64,000 nt of DNA from Microbacteriaceae bacterium (GTDB taxonomy: Bacteria; Actinomycetota; Actinomycetes; Actinomycetales; Microbacteriaceae). A program made the position numbers and the translations under genes. The DNA lies in contig CANFOX010000001.1 of NCBI GenBank assembly GCA_947448845.1, positions 216 through 64,215 of the forward strand, given 5' to 3'. Shown here piece after piece: positions 29,557 to 39,051 of this stretch (the first letter of the stretch is position 1; each line of letters starts with the position of its first letter). The notes under the pieces were generated by a model that worked only from the letters and a program-made list of their open reading frames with translations, had not been told where the DNA came from and did no database searches.

Positions 29557-31439
29557 CGAGCTCGAATGGTTACGCTATCGCCAATGCGCAGCGTTCCACC
29601 GGCTGGCACGCTGGTTGATTTGACTCGAACGATTCCCCAGTTTTTACGCAACGCGTTGGTGTCGATAATCGCGTTCAACCCAAGCTGTTTCAAAACGGCA
29701 ATCGAGGCAGAAATGGTTTCACCAACCAGGTTCGGCATAACGACGGCATTGGTTCCTTTCGAAACCTGAAGTTCTACTGAGCCACCCTTGCCTAACGGGC
29801 CGTTCGGCTGAGTGATGCCAACCACGGATCCACTTGCAACGGTGTCGCTGAAGACCTCGGTGGTTTTCGAAACTGTTATTCCAAGAGCCTTGAGGGTTGC
29901 TGTTGCGGTGTCAACACTCACACCAATCAGCGTTGGCAGGGAGCCAAGAGAGATCGAGATATCGATTTTGCTACCCTCGGCAATTTTGGTGCCGTCGCTG
30001 GCTGTGTAATCAAAGATGGTTCCAACCGCCGCAGCGTTGAAACTTTCGTTAGTTTTTCCCAGTTTGAAGCCGGCAACCGAGAGTGTGGTGGTGGCATCCA
30101 CCAGGTTTTTGCCTTTAAGGTTTGGCACCGTAACCAGCTTCGGCCCAGCCGAAATTACAAGTTTTACGTTACCTCCGCGCCAAAGCCATGAACCGGCAAC
30201 CGGTTCGGTTCGAATTACCAACCCCGAGGCAACTGAGCCAGAGTTTTCTTTCGCTTGTGTAACGTGGGCACCGAGCGGGTCAAGCGCGGTGGTGGCTTGG
30301 GCGATGGTTCGATTGCTGAGTTCCGGAAGGGTGACAATGCCTCCGGGTCCAGAACCAAACCACCAACCAGCGGCACTTGCAATTACGGCAACCAGAACGG
30401 TCACGATCGGTAAAATCCAACGTCTTTTGGTTTGAGTGGCACTAAGTTCATGTAATGCACCGTCGGCCCCGTTTAGGGCTTCGAAAGTTTCGGTTGGGTT
30501 AGCACCAATCACCGCGGTTGCAGCCACAGCTTCAAAATTTTGATCAATCAGAACCTGCGTGGCAGCGGCTGCGAAAGGTTCGGTTCGGTTCACTACGGTT
30601 GGGCCGAAATTCATTCGTGAACCGCTTCGAAGTGCCGTAACCGCCTTGAGAAGTTCACTGGCGTTGGATGGTCGATCGCCAGCCTCGCGGGCTGTGGCCC
30701 ACAAAACTAAACGATCAAAGGCTTCTGGAATTTCGGGTTCTAGTGTCGAGGGTTTTGGCACCGAATCGTTGGCGTGCTGATAAACCACTTGAACGGCTTG
30801 ATCTCCGAGAAATGGCTGCTTACCCGTGAGCATTTCAAAGAACATGATGCCGGCAGAGTAAACATCGCTTCTGGCGTCGGCAATTCCTCTGGTGGCAAGT
30901 TCCGGCGAAATGTAGGCCACCGTGCCAACTAGTGAACCCGATTGCGTGTGAGAGTCGATGGTTCGAGATAACCCGAAGTCGCTCAGCTTCACTCTGCCAT
31001 CGTCGGCCAAGAGCACGTTCTCTGGTTTGATATCTCGGTGCAAAATTCCAGCCGCATGGGCAGCCGCTAATCCTTGAAGAAACGGTTCAAAAACCTCAAG
31101 GGTTCGTTTCGGGGTGAATTTGCCAAAGTCGTTTAGGGCATCTCGAAGCGTGATTCCTGAAACATATTCCATGACCAAGAAAAGCGAGGTACCTACTTCA
31201 CCTTGGTCAAAAACGTTCACCAAATTGGGGTGCGAAAGTTTTGCAGCAATTTTGGCTTCGCGAATAAATTTTTCTCGAAAGGAATCATCCGCAGCTAGGT
31301 GGGTGTGTATTACCTTGATGGCAACCTTGCGCTCGAGGCGGGTGTCTTCGGCCAGGTAAACCTTTGCCATGCCGCCGCTGGCAATCAAACTTTCGATTCG
31401 GTAGCGGTCGGCCAAAAGGGTTGGCGTAGGTTCGGTCAT
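29553..31439 (-). CDS. pknL: PASTA-domain Ser/Thr protein kinase (PknL-like)
   Basis: GGMAKVY, VAIK, HRDIKPEN, DFG, TM helix, about four PASTA repeats; synteny with aroG and an Rv2175c-like gene. Confidence 0.85.
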   Translation of the reverse strand: MTEPTPTLLADRYRIESLIASGGMAKVYLAEDTRLERKVAIKVIHTHLAADDSFREKFIREAKIAAKLSHPNLVNVFDQGEVGTSLFLVMEYVSGITLRDALNDFGKFTPKRTLEVFEPFLQGLAAAHAAGILHRDIKPENVLLADDGRVKLSDFGLSRTIDSHTQSGSLVGTVAYISPELATRGIADARSDVYSAGIMFFEMLTGKQPFLGDQAVQVVYQHANDSVPKPSTLEPEIPEAFDRLVLWATAREAGDRPSNASELLKAVTALRSGSRMNFGPTVVNRTEPFAAAATQVLIDQNFEAVAATAVIGANPTETFEALNGADGALHELSATQTKRRWILPIVTVLVAVIASAAGWWFGSGPGGIVTLPELSNRTIAQATTALDPLGAHVTQAKENSGSVASGLVIRTEPVAGSWLWRGGNVKLVISAGPKLVTVPNLKGKNLVDATTTLSVAGFKLGKTNESFNAAAVGTIFDYTASDGTKIAEGSKIDISISLGSLPTLIGVSVDTATATLKALGITVSKTTEVFSDTVASGSVVGITQPNGPLGKGGSVELQVSKGTNAVVMPNLVGETISASIAVLKQLGLNAIIDTNALRKNWGIVRVKSTSVPAGGTLRIGDSVTIRAR

Positions 31440-31526
31440 TGTCGAATCACGCCTTTCTGGTTAGCCAAACAATATGGTTGCACGCTTTTCTGTAAAAAAG
31501 CCGAAAGGCTGTGGCAATCTTTACCT

Positions 31527-31874
31527 GTGACCGATATTTATTCATCCGTATCCAAGTGGCTTTCCATTGCTGAGGCAGCCGAACTACTCGGCATTCCAAC
31601 CGGAAAGGTGAACCGACTTATTCAAGAACACTCGTTGATCGCAATTCGCCGAGACGGGGCTCCAAAGATTCCAGTCGAAATAATTGTGGATGGTGAGCCA
31701 CTTCACAGCCTGAAGGGAACGGTTTCGGTACTTCTCGACGCCGGCTTCTCTTTGGACACTGCTTGTGAATGGCTTTACACCGAAAATGATTCATTGAATA
31801 CAACCCCGATGGCCGCTTTGCTGGATGGTCGACGAGCCGAAATCAGGCGTCTAGCTCAGGCTCTGGCGCTCTAG
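31527..31874 (+). CDS. Rv2175c-family DNA-binding protein
   Basis: HTH WLSIAEAAELLG, LKGTVSVLLDAGF, WLYT, TP..AL..GRRAEIRRLAQAL; start moved to GTG 31527. Confidence 0.88.
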   Translation: MTDIYSSVSKWLSIAEAAELLGIPTGKVNRLIQEHSLIAIRRDGAPKIPVEIIVDGEPLHSLKGTVSVLLDAGFSLDTACEWLYTENDSLNTTPMAALLDGRRAEIRRLAQALAL

Positions 31875-32965
31875 TTCTCGCGGTCTACAACTTTTCGCGC
31901 CAGAGCCTCAAGTGCCAGTTTTGCGGCTGGAGCAATTTCGAGATGGCTCAGGGCAGAAAGTGCATTGTCTGCCAACTGGTTCATAACCTGCTCGGTTTTT
32001 GCTAGGGCACCAGAACCTTTGATGGTTTGTTGCAAGAATCCGATTTGATGTTCACTAAGTTTTCCTGATGTGAGCAGTTTGTCGAACTCTTTGCTAACCA
32101 GCGGGCTTAGGGAACTGCGGGTGTGAGCCACCAGAACCGTGCGCTTTCCTTCGCGAAGATCGTCGCCAGCTGGTTTTCCGGTTACGGCTGGGTCACCGAA
32201 TACTCCGAGAATGTCATCTCTAAGTTGAAAGGCCAAACCAAGGGGAATGCCAAATGCAGACATTTCGGCTAACTGGGTTTCGCTACCGCCTGCAAACGCC
32301 GTGCCAATAAGCAGTGGCGCTTCGATGCTGTATTTGGCCGTCTTGTAAAGCATCACCTGATTGGCGCGGGCTACCGATTCTTGCACCGGGCGGCTCGAAC
32401 CAGCATTTTCTTCAACCACATCGAGATATTGGCCGGCCATAACTTCAACTCGCATGCGGCTGAATTCATTTCGGCAGGCTGCCTCAACCGAGGTGTTAGG
32501 CGACAGCAGCAGGGCCTGTCCAAAGATCTCGCTGCTCCAACCAAGCATCAGGTCACCAACCAAAATGGCTCCTGCGGCGCCAAAACGTTGAGAGCTGCCA
32601 TCCCAAACACCATTTTCGTGAATGGCTTCAAATCGTTTATGGATGGCGGTCTTACCGCGACGAGTATCAGACTGATCGATTAGGTCGTCATGAACCAGAG
32701 CAGCTGCATGGAACATCTCGAGAGCAGCTCCAATTCCTACCAACGCCTCGAACTCGGTTTCGTTTACTGGGTGGTTTCGGTAACCAAGAAACGACCAAAA
32801 AGCGAAGAGTGCTCGAAAACGCTTGCCTCCGGTTAGTAGGTCTGCGCAGTAGTCAACAAGGGGAACTAGGTCAGCCGAAATGCGCTCAAATTCGCCCCTG
32901 CGTTCAGCGCAAAAATCTTGCAGACGTTCGTTGATTGCGTCTAGGTAACGCTCAGTGTCGGTCAT
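31871..32965 (-). CDS. Polyprenyl (geranylgeranyl) diphosphate synthase, IdsA-like
   Basis: GGKRFR, HDDLIDQSDTRRG, GQYLD, KTAKYS, FQLRDD..GDDLREGK; ATG 32965 is 7 nt after TAGGCT. Confidence 0.92.
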   Translation of the reverse strand: MTDTERYLDAINERLQDFCAERRGEFERISADLVPLVDYCADLLTGGKRFRALFAFWSFLGYRNHPVNETEFEALVGIGAALEMFHAAALVHDDLIDQSDTRRGKTAIHKRFEAIHENGVWDGSSQRFGAAGAILVGDLMLGWSSEIFGQALLLSPNTSVEAACRNEFSRMRVEVMAGQYLDVVEENAGSSRPVQESVARANQVMLYKTAKYSIEAPLLIGTAFAGGSETQLAEMSAFGIPLGLAFQLRDDILGVFGDPAVTGKPAGDDLREGKRTVLVAHTRSSLSPLVSKEFDKLLTSGKLSEHQIGFLQQTIKGSGALAKTEQVMNQLADNALSALSHLEIAPAAKLALEALARKVVDREN

Positions 32966-33026
32966 GGGGGATAGCCTAACTGAAGTGACGCGAGTTACAA
33001 TGAGAGACAAGGCTAGGAGGTTTCAG

Positions 33027-33371
33027 TTGTCGCTTTCAGATCGTGAAAAGCAAGTTCTCGAGCAACTTGAGCGAGACCTCTATGCCAACGATGCAAAGTT
33101 CGCCAATAAAATCTCGGCACCAAAGTCGCTCAAGGCGCTGGTTGGCGGGGTAGCGCTCGCAGTCATCGGCATTTCAATCATCGTCTTTGCTGTCATAGTG
33201 CAGGTTTTTTGGTTTGGTCTTTTGGGCTTCGCCGCCCTACTTGCTGGCCTGGTGCTGGCTAGCTCTAACTGGATGAACCACGATTCGTTGCCACAATCCG
33301 GGCAAAAATCACCCAAGGGCTCGAAGACCAATTACTTCGAAGAACGCTGGAACAAGCGGCAGGGTAACTAA
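33027..33371 (+). CDS. DUF3040-type small membrane protein
   Basis: LSDREKQVLEQLERDLYAND..FA, two TM helices, EERWNKR; TTG 33027 follows AGGAGG; conserved upstream of mraZ. Confidence 0.85.
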   Translation: MSLSDREKQVLEQLERDLYANDAKFANKISAPKSLKALVGGVALAVIGISIIVFAVIVQVFWFGLLGFAALLAGLVLASSNWMNHDSLPQSGQKSPKGSKTNYFEERWNKRQGN

Positions 33372-33398
33372 CCCACCCCCTCCCCACAAATCCCCACC

Positions 33399-33421
33399 AA
33401 ATCGGCCCGTGCGGCCGATTT
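33399..33421 (+). terminator. Hairpin/terminator after the DUF3040 gene
   Basis: AAATCGGCC-CGTGC-GGCCGATTT, 9-bp stem. Confidence 0.55.
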
Positions 33422-33591
33422 ACTCATTTTCGGGTACAAATCATCAACCTGTTAACCAACTTTCACCCTTGCGTCGCTCGGTTTTCGACCAATATTCAAC
33501 AATCACTCCACTTTCCACCACCTGAATTGACGCGGTTAAATGAGGCTTCTCGACACTCCGAAGTGCAAATTTGCAATTTAATTTGCATTTT

Positions 33592-33615
33592 GTGGTGATA
33601 AGTGGAGTAAAGTGG
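33592..33615 (+). promoter_or_regulatory. MraZ-binding GTGG direct repeats at the dcw promoter
   Basis: GTGG at 33592, 33602 and 33612 (10-bp period) immediately upstream of mraZ. Confidence 0.8.
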
Positions 33616-33644
33616 ATGAAAAGGTAGGCAGAAGGGAGCAACCG

Positions 33645-34076
33645 ATGTTCATTGGTACTCATCTGCCCAAACTCGACGAAAAGTCTCGCCTAATCTTTCC
33701 CGCCAAGTTTCGAGACCAAATCTCAGGAAATGTCGTGCTTACCCGTGGCCATGAGCACTGCATCGCGGTTTACCGCGAGAGTGATTTCATGAAGCAGGCC
33801 GAACTTTTGGCCACTGGCTCAACCACAAACGCTTCGGTTCGCGAATACAGCCGAGGTTTTCTTGCCAATTCCGACCTTCAGTCTTTCGACGGCCAGGGTC
33901 GCATTGGAATTGGCGTCAAGCTTCGAGAATGGGCCGGCATTGGCCGCGATCTTGCCGTGGTTGGCCTTGGCGACCGCATTGAAATTTGGGATCTAGTGCG
34001 TTGGGAAGAATACGACCGCCGCACCGCAGAGAATTTCGCAACAAAGTCGGAGGAGGTGATTCCGGGAATCTTCTAG
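33645..34076 (+). CDS. mraZ: Division/cell-wall cluster transcriptional regulator MraZ
   Basis: MFIGT..PKLDEKSR.IFPAKFR, DGQGRI, EIWD; ATG 33645 follows GAAGGGAG. Confidence 0.95.
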   Translation: MFIGTHLPKLDEKSRLIFPAKFRDQISGNVVLTRGHEHCIAVYRESDFMKQAELLATGSTTNASVREYSRGFLANSDLQSFDGQGRIGIGVKLREWAGIGRDLAVVGLGDRIEIWDLVRWEEYDRRTAENFATKSEEVIPGIF

Positions 34077-34079
34077 CGT

Positions 34080-34150
34080 CTGTTTTGAGAATTCAAGCCC
34101 TCCGGCTTACTTCCCTAAAGCCTTTCGGAAGGTTTGGATTCTCGAAGCAG
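34080..34150 (+). ncRNA. mraW RNA motif-like hairpin between mraZ and rsmH
   Basis: 25-bp stem (34080-34104 with 34126-34150; four G-U, one mismatch) capped by a loop containing ACUUCCC, as in the actinobacterial mraW motif. Confidence 0.75.
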
Positions 34151-34165
34151 GGGCACCGGGTAATC

Positions 34166-35128
34166 ATGACCAAGCCGATTTCAGAACTTCACCAGCCGGT
34201 AATGCTGCAGCGCGCCATCGAGGTGCTTGGCGCCAGCCTTTCTGCCGAGAATGCGGTTTTGGTCGATGGCACTCTGGGTCTCGGAGGGCACGCCGAAGCC
34301 TTTTTGAAAGCATTTCCAAAGTTGATTCTCATTGGCATCGACCGCGACCAAAATGCACTTCGCCTCGCCGGTGAACGTTTACAGGCATTTGCTGACCGCA
34401 TCCATTTGGTTCACGCCACCTACGGCGAAATCGAAGAGGTCATTGAAAGTCTCGGGTTTGATTCGGTTCAGGCTGTTTTGCTTGACTTGGGTGTTTCGTC
34501 GATGCAGCTTGATGAGGCCGAGCGCGGATTTGCATATTCTTTCGATGCCCCTCTGGACATGCGCATGGACAGTAGCGAAAAACTAACCGCTGCAGATATT
34601 TTGAACTCTTATGAAGAGCGCGATCTCGTTCGAATCTTCAAGGAATATGGCGAAGAACGTTATTCGCTCGCCATCGCCAAAGAGATAGTTTCACAGCGCA
34701 AAGTGGCGCCTTTCGTTACCAGCGCTCGTTTGGCGGCGTTGATTGTCAAGAAAGTTCCGTTTATTCCCGGTAAGAGCACTGGTCACCCTGCAAAACGAGT
34801 GTTCCAAGCATTGCGAATCGAGGTGAATGGCGAACTCGACATTCTGCGCGAAACTATTCCTGCCGCAGTCGCTTCTCTTTCAGTTGGAGGGCGCATTTTG
34901 GTGATGAGCTACCACTCGCTTGAAGATCGCATCGTAAAACAGGCGCTCATGGCAGCCGCCACCAGTTCCGCTCCGCTTGATTTACCGGTTGAACTTCCAG
35001 AGCATGCACCTATTCTTCGCATGCTAACCAGGGGAGTAGAGGCTGCCTCTGAGGCTGAGGTGCTTGCTAACCCTCGGGCAGCTTCTGTAAAAGTGCGTGC
35101 CGCCGAAAAGATTCGAATGGCAGCATGA
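34166..35128 (+). CDS. rsmH: 16S rRNA m4C1402 methyltransferase
   Basis: HQPVM, DGTLGLGGH, DLGVSSMQLD, RGF, PLDMRMD, FQALRIEVN, SYHSLEDR, NPRA; ATG 34166. Confidence 0.96.
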   Translation: MTKPISELHQPVMLQRAIEVLGASLSAENAVLVDGTLGLGGHAEAFLKAFPKLILIGIDRDQNALRLAGERLQAFADRIHLVHATYGEIEEVIESLGFDSVQAVLLDLGVSSMQLDEAERGFAYSFDAPLDMRMDSSEKLTAADILNSYEERDLVRIFKEYGEERYSLAIAKEIVSQRKVAPFVTSARLAALIVKKVPFIPGKSTGHPAKRVFQALRIEVNGELDILRETIPAAVASLSVGGRILVMSYHSLEDRIVKQALMAAATSSAPLDLPVELPEHAPILRMLTRGVEAASEAEVLANPRAASVKVRAAEKIRMAA

Positions 35129-35727
35129 GCGCGGCACGGGCCTACAAAACCCAGCAAAATGGCAATTTTGCGCAGGGTTTAAGACTTTTGAGCTCGCAAT
35201 CGGTTACCAGAAGAAGAGTTGCCAAAGTTTTAGTTTTCGGCACTATAGCCACCGTTTTGACTGGTCTGCTACTGAATGTGATGATTGCCCAAAGTGCCTA
35301 CGAAATGGCAAACCTCAAGAACCGAACCAAAGAACTGACCACCACCAGCCAAGTGCTGCAGCAGCAGGTTGGTTCATTGGCGTCCAATCAAAACCTTGAG
35401 CAGGCTGCACACGACATGGGAATGGTTGCTAATACCAATCCGGTTTTTCTAAACATTCAGAACCAGCAGGTTTTTGGAAAACCGATGCGAGCGGCTTATT
35501 CGAACTCTTTGGCCAATAACCTGGTAGCAAACGCTGTTCTTACCGATCAAACCAATGTGAAGTTGTTGGTCAGCGCCAAAGCGAAAGCCGACGCAATTGC
35601 CGCATCGAATCTGGTTGCTGCTGTTAAGTCTTCGACCTCGAAGGCCATGAATGTCGCTGCCGCGAAACCGACGGCGAAGAAGGTAAGTTTGCCCAGTAGC
35701 GGCATTCCAGGATCGCCTACGCACTAA
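35125..35727 (+). CDS. ftsL: Probable FtsL-like cell division protein with Ala/Lys-rich tail
   Basis: Between rsmH and ftsI; one TM helix, then coiled coil ending LEQAAHDMGMV. Confidence 0.7.
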   Translation: MSAARAYKTQQNGNFAQGLRLLSSQSVTRRRVAKVLVFGTIATVLTGLLLNVMIAQSAYEMANLKNRTKELTTTSQVLQQQVGSLASNQNLEQAAHDMGMVANTNPVFLNIQNQQVFGKPMRAAYSNSLANNLVANAVLTDQTNVKLLVSAKAKADAIAASNLVAAVKSSTSKAMNVAAAKPTAKKVSLPSSGIPGSPTH

Positions 35728-35735
35728 GGGTATTC

Positions 35736-37493
35736 ATGAATCAACTGCCTTCGATAGCTAAGCGCAGGCTGCATTGGTTTTGGCTCATCATCTGCGTGCT
35801 TGCCGTTGCCTCGATAGCCAGACTTGCCTATGTGCAGTTACTAGATGCACCAGCCCTAAACAAAATCTCTTACGGAAAACGTTCTATTACTCGTGTGGTT
35901 CCAGCCATGCGAGGCAAAATTCTTGATTCACAGGGCAAGGTGCTTGCCGAAACTGTCTTCAAATATGATGTCAACGCGGCACCAGATATCGTTACCGAAA
36001 CCACGGTCAACATTGGTGGAAAGCAGGTAAAGAAGACTGTGCCCGAGTTGGCCAATATGCTTGCCGCAATTTTGAAACTAGATCAAGCAGATGTTTTAAC
36101 AAGGATCACCGGAACATCTAAGTATTCGAATATTGCCAAAAGAGTTTCCGCCCAAGACTATAAACGAATCAGAAATCTTGGAATCAACTGGATATTCTTT
36201 GACCCAGTTGCCGTAAGGGTTTATCCGAACGGTGCGGTAGCAGGAAACCTGCTTGGTTTCGTGGGTTCAGACGGAACCGCATTGGCCGGGCTAGAGAGAA
36301 CCTATGACAGTTGTTTAGCTGGTGTAAATGGTGAAGAGACCTTTGAGCGCGGAGCAATCGATGGAATCAAAATTCCAACCAGCACCGTGACCACCAAAGT
36401 CGCTAAAGCTGGCTCAGACGTGGTGCTGTATGTGAATAGCGACCTTCAGTATTACGCCCAGCAAGTGATGGCCCAATATGTGAAATCTGAGAGGGCAGAC
36501 TGGGGAAGTGCGGTGGTCATTGAGGTGAAAACCGGAAAAATTTTGGCTGCGGCTGAGGCGCCGAGCGTTGACCCAAATGCGCCAGGCAAATCGGCAGCAG
36601 CCGATCGAATGGCACGTATTTTTCAAGCGGTTTTTGAACCAGGTTCAACTCTCAAAACCGTTACGGCTGCAACAGCCGTTGACACGGGTTATGCGAGCCC
36701 TGTAACTCAGGTTGTTGCACCCCAGAAATTGAAGGTTCTTGGCCACTATTGGATTCAAGACAGTCACTTGCATCCGCCACAGAAGTTAACCCTTACTGGC
36801 GTTCTGCGGGATTCATCGAACACCGGAATGGTGCAGATTGGAATCAAGGTTCCAAAAACTACTCGCTATGAATACTTCAAAAAGTTCGGCCTCGGCCTAA
36901 AGACTTCCGTCAATTTTGAGGGTGAATCAGGCGGCATTTTGACTCCGCCAAACACCTGGGATGGTCTCACGAACTACACATCTCAGTTTGGGCAAGGTTT
37001 GGCGGTGACGCCTATTCAAACCGCCATGCTTTACGAAACCATTGCCAATATGGGGGTTCGCTTGGCGCCCCGATTGGTAGCCGGATGCCGGCACGCCGAT
37101 GGTTCAATCGACGCCCCATCCACGACTGCCCCGGTTACTGTGCTGAAGCCATCCACCGCCAGAAGTGTGATTGACATGTTAGAAAAGGTTGTCGAACAGG
37201 GCCCAATTGGGCGAACGGCAAGAGTTGCCGGATACCGTCTCGCCGGGAAGTCTGGAACCGCCCAAATCAAAGACGGCAAAGGTTACGGATACCGATACGC
37301 GATTTCGTTCATTGGCATGGCTCCCGCCGATGACCCAAAATACGTATTGGCAACCACAATTTACAAGCCAAGAACCGTGAGTAACTCAATCGGCGTTACG
37401 CCGCCTTTCAAGGCCATCATGGAGCAAATTCTTCGCGCCTACCGCGTCCCACCATCCACCACAAAATCTGCCAATATTCCTACGGAGTGGTGA
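35736..37493 (+). CDS. ftsI: Peptidoglycan D,D-transpeptidase FtsI
   Basis: N-terminal TM, RGKILD, RVYP, GLE, EPGSTLK, SSN, KSGTAQ. Confidence 0.95.
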   Translation: MNQLPSIAKRRLHWFWLIICVLAVASIARLAYVQLLDAPALNKISYGKRSITRVVPAMRGKILDSQGKVLAETVFKYDVNAAPDIVTETTVNIGGKQVKKTVPELANMLAAILKLDQADVLTRITGTSKYSNIAKRVSAQDYKRIRNLGINWIFFDPVAVRVYPNGAVAGNLLGFVGSDGTALAGLERTYDSCLAGVNGEETFERGAIDGIKIPTSTVTTKVAKAGSDVVLYVNSDLQYYAQQVMAQYVKSERADWGSAVVIEVKTGKILAAAEAPSVDPNAPGKSAAADRMARIFQAVFEPGSTLKTVTAATAVDTGYASPVTQVVAPQKLKVLGHYWIQDSHLHPPQKLTLTGVLRDSSNTGMVQIGIKVPKTTRYEYFKKFGLGLKTSVNFEGESGGILTPPNTWDGLTNYTSQFGQGLAVTPIQTAMLYETIANMGVRLAPRLVAGCRHADGSIDAPSTTAPVTVLKPSTARSVIDMLEKVVEQGPIGRTARVAGYRLAGKSGTAQIKDGKGYGYRYAISFIGMAPADDPKYVLATTIYKPRTVSNSIGVTPPFKAIMEQILRAYRVPPSTTKSANIPTEW

Positions 37494-37494
37494 G

Positions 37495-39051
37495 GTGAAA
37501 ATGCAAGAGCAGATACCCCCAATTTTGCGACCCGAAAAGGTTAAGCCAGTAGGTTTGGCCACCCTGGCAGGGCGTTTTTCGTTGAGTGGTGAAGCCGAAC
37601 CTAGCGTTTTCATGACAGGCATCAGCATGAACACCAACGACCTTCGCGCTGGTGACCTATTTGTGGCCATGCCGGGGCTAAAAACCCACGGGGCTAAGTT
37701 TGCACTGAAGGCTAAAGAACTCGGTGCCGTTGCTGTAATCACGGATGCCGCTGGTAAAGCTTCGATTGAATCAGAATTCTCTGATTTTCAGCTTCCAATT
37801 TTGACCATCGAGAACCCGAGAGCTCATCTGGGAGACCTTGCAGCATTTGTTTACGGCAACACCTCGAGTGATCGACCTAAGATATTTGGCACCACCGGAA
37901 CCAACGGCAAAACTTCAACTACCTATTTGCTCGAGGCCATTGCTCGGCAACTTGGTGAAATAACTGGCTTAACCTCAACCGCCGAGAGACATATTGCCGG
38001 CGAGGTGATTGTTAGTCGATTGACCACCCCAGAGTCACCCGAAATGCAGGCCCTTTTGGCCCGCATGAAAGAGCGCGGGGCCACGAGCATTGCCATTGAA
38101 GTTTCGGCCCAAGCTCTGACCCAGCTTCGCGTAGACGGCATCTACTTCGACGTGGTTGGGTTTACCAACCTGAGTCACGACCACCTAGACGATTACCGTG
38201 ATTTTGAAGAATATCTAACCGCCAAAGCCGAACTTTTCACCAAGAAACGTTCATCAAAAGGGGTTATCTCTCTAGATTCTGTTTTCGGAAGCGATTTTGC
38301 TGCGAAGAGTGAAATCGAATTCGTGACCATCTCGAGTAACGCATCGGTGGCGGCAGATTGGCGCGTTAAAGTGACCGAGCAAGCTTTCGACCGCACAGTT
38401 TTTGAACTTACCAATGGCTCAGGCGTAATCATTCGATCTTGGGTTCCGCTTCTTGGCGTGCACATGGCTGCCAACGCGGGTTTGGCCATTGTGATGCTAC
38501 TGCAGGCTGGCTTTAGCGCTGCTGCTGTTCAGACAGCAATCGCTAACGGAATTGATGCCTATTTGCCGGGTCGCACCGAATTGGTTTCAAAGTCGGGGTC
38601 ACCCGCGGTGTTTGTTGATTTTGGTCACAGCCCAGATGCCTTTGAAAAAACTCTTGAAGCGATTCGTGCGGTAACTAAAGGGCGCCTCATCATGGTGTTT
38701 GGTGCCGACGGCGACCGCGACGCCAGTAAGCGCCCTGAAATGTCGAGAGTGGCTGCGGTGGGTAGCGACGTGCTCGTCATTACCGATCATCATCCGCGTT
38801 TTGAAGACCCTGCCTCGATTCGAAAAACCCTTATGGATGCTGCACGCAGCGCACGCCCGGAGTTGGAGCTATATGAGGTGAGCCCACCTGAGGCAGCAAT
38901 AAGAAAAGCAGTTTCGATTGCAAAACCGGGGGATGCCATTTACTGGGCGGGGCCTGGGCATCAGGATTACAGGGACATTCGCGGTGTTCGAACTCCATAT
39001 TCAGCACGAGCCGAAGCCCGCGCTGCACTGAGTGAACACGGTTACCAATGA
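37495..39051 (+). CDS. murE: MurE-type UDP-MurNAc-tripeptide ligase with non-canonical substrate motifs
   Basis: TGTNGKTST, TTPES, EVSAQAL, FTNLSHDHLD, GDRD; DHHPR replaces DNPR. Start 37495 or 37501. Confidence 0.9.
   Translation: MKMQEQIPPILRPEKVKPVGLATLAGRFSLSGEAEPSVFMTGISMNTNDLRAGDLFVAMPGLKTHGAKFALKAKELGAVAVITDAAGKASIESEFSDFQLPILTIENPRAHLGDLAAFVYGNTSSDRPKIFGTTGTNGKTSTTYLLEAIARQLGEITGLTSTAERHIAGEVIVSRLTTPESPEMQALLARMKERGATSIAIEVSAQALTQLRVDGIYFDVVGFTNLSHDHLDDYRDFEEYLTAKAELFTKKRSSKGVISLDSVFGSDFAAKSEIEFVTISSNASVAADWRVKVTEQAFDRTVFELTNGSGVIIRSWVPLLGVHMAANAGLAIVMLLQAGFSAAAVQTAIANGIDAYLPGRTELVSKSGSPAVFVDFGHSPDAFEKTLEAIRAVTKGRLIMVFGADGDRDASKRPEMSRVAAVGSDVLVITDHHPRFEDPASIRKTLMDAARSARPELELYEVSPPEAAIRKAVSIAKPGDAIYWAGPGHQDYRDIRGVRTPYSARAEARAALSEHGYQ

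Noticed and set aside
33444-33662. 72-aa minus-strand ORF upstream of mraZ
   Set aside because: Spans the dcw promoter and MraZ boxes and overlaps the mraZ start; no recognisable protein features.
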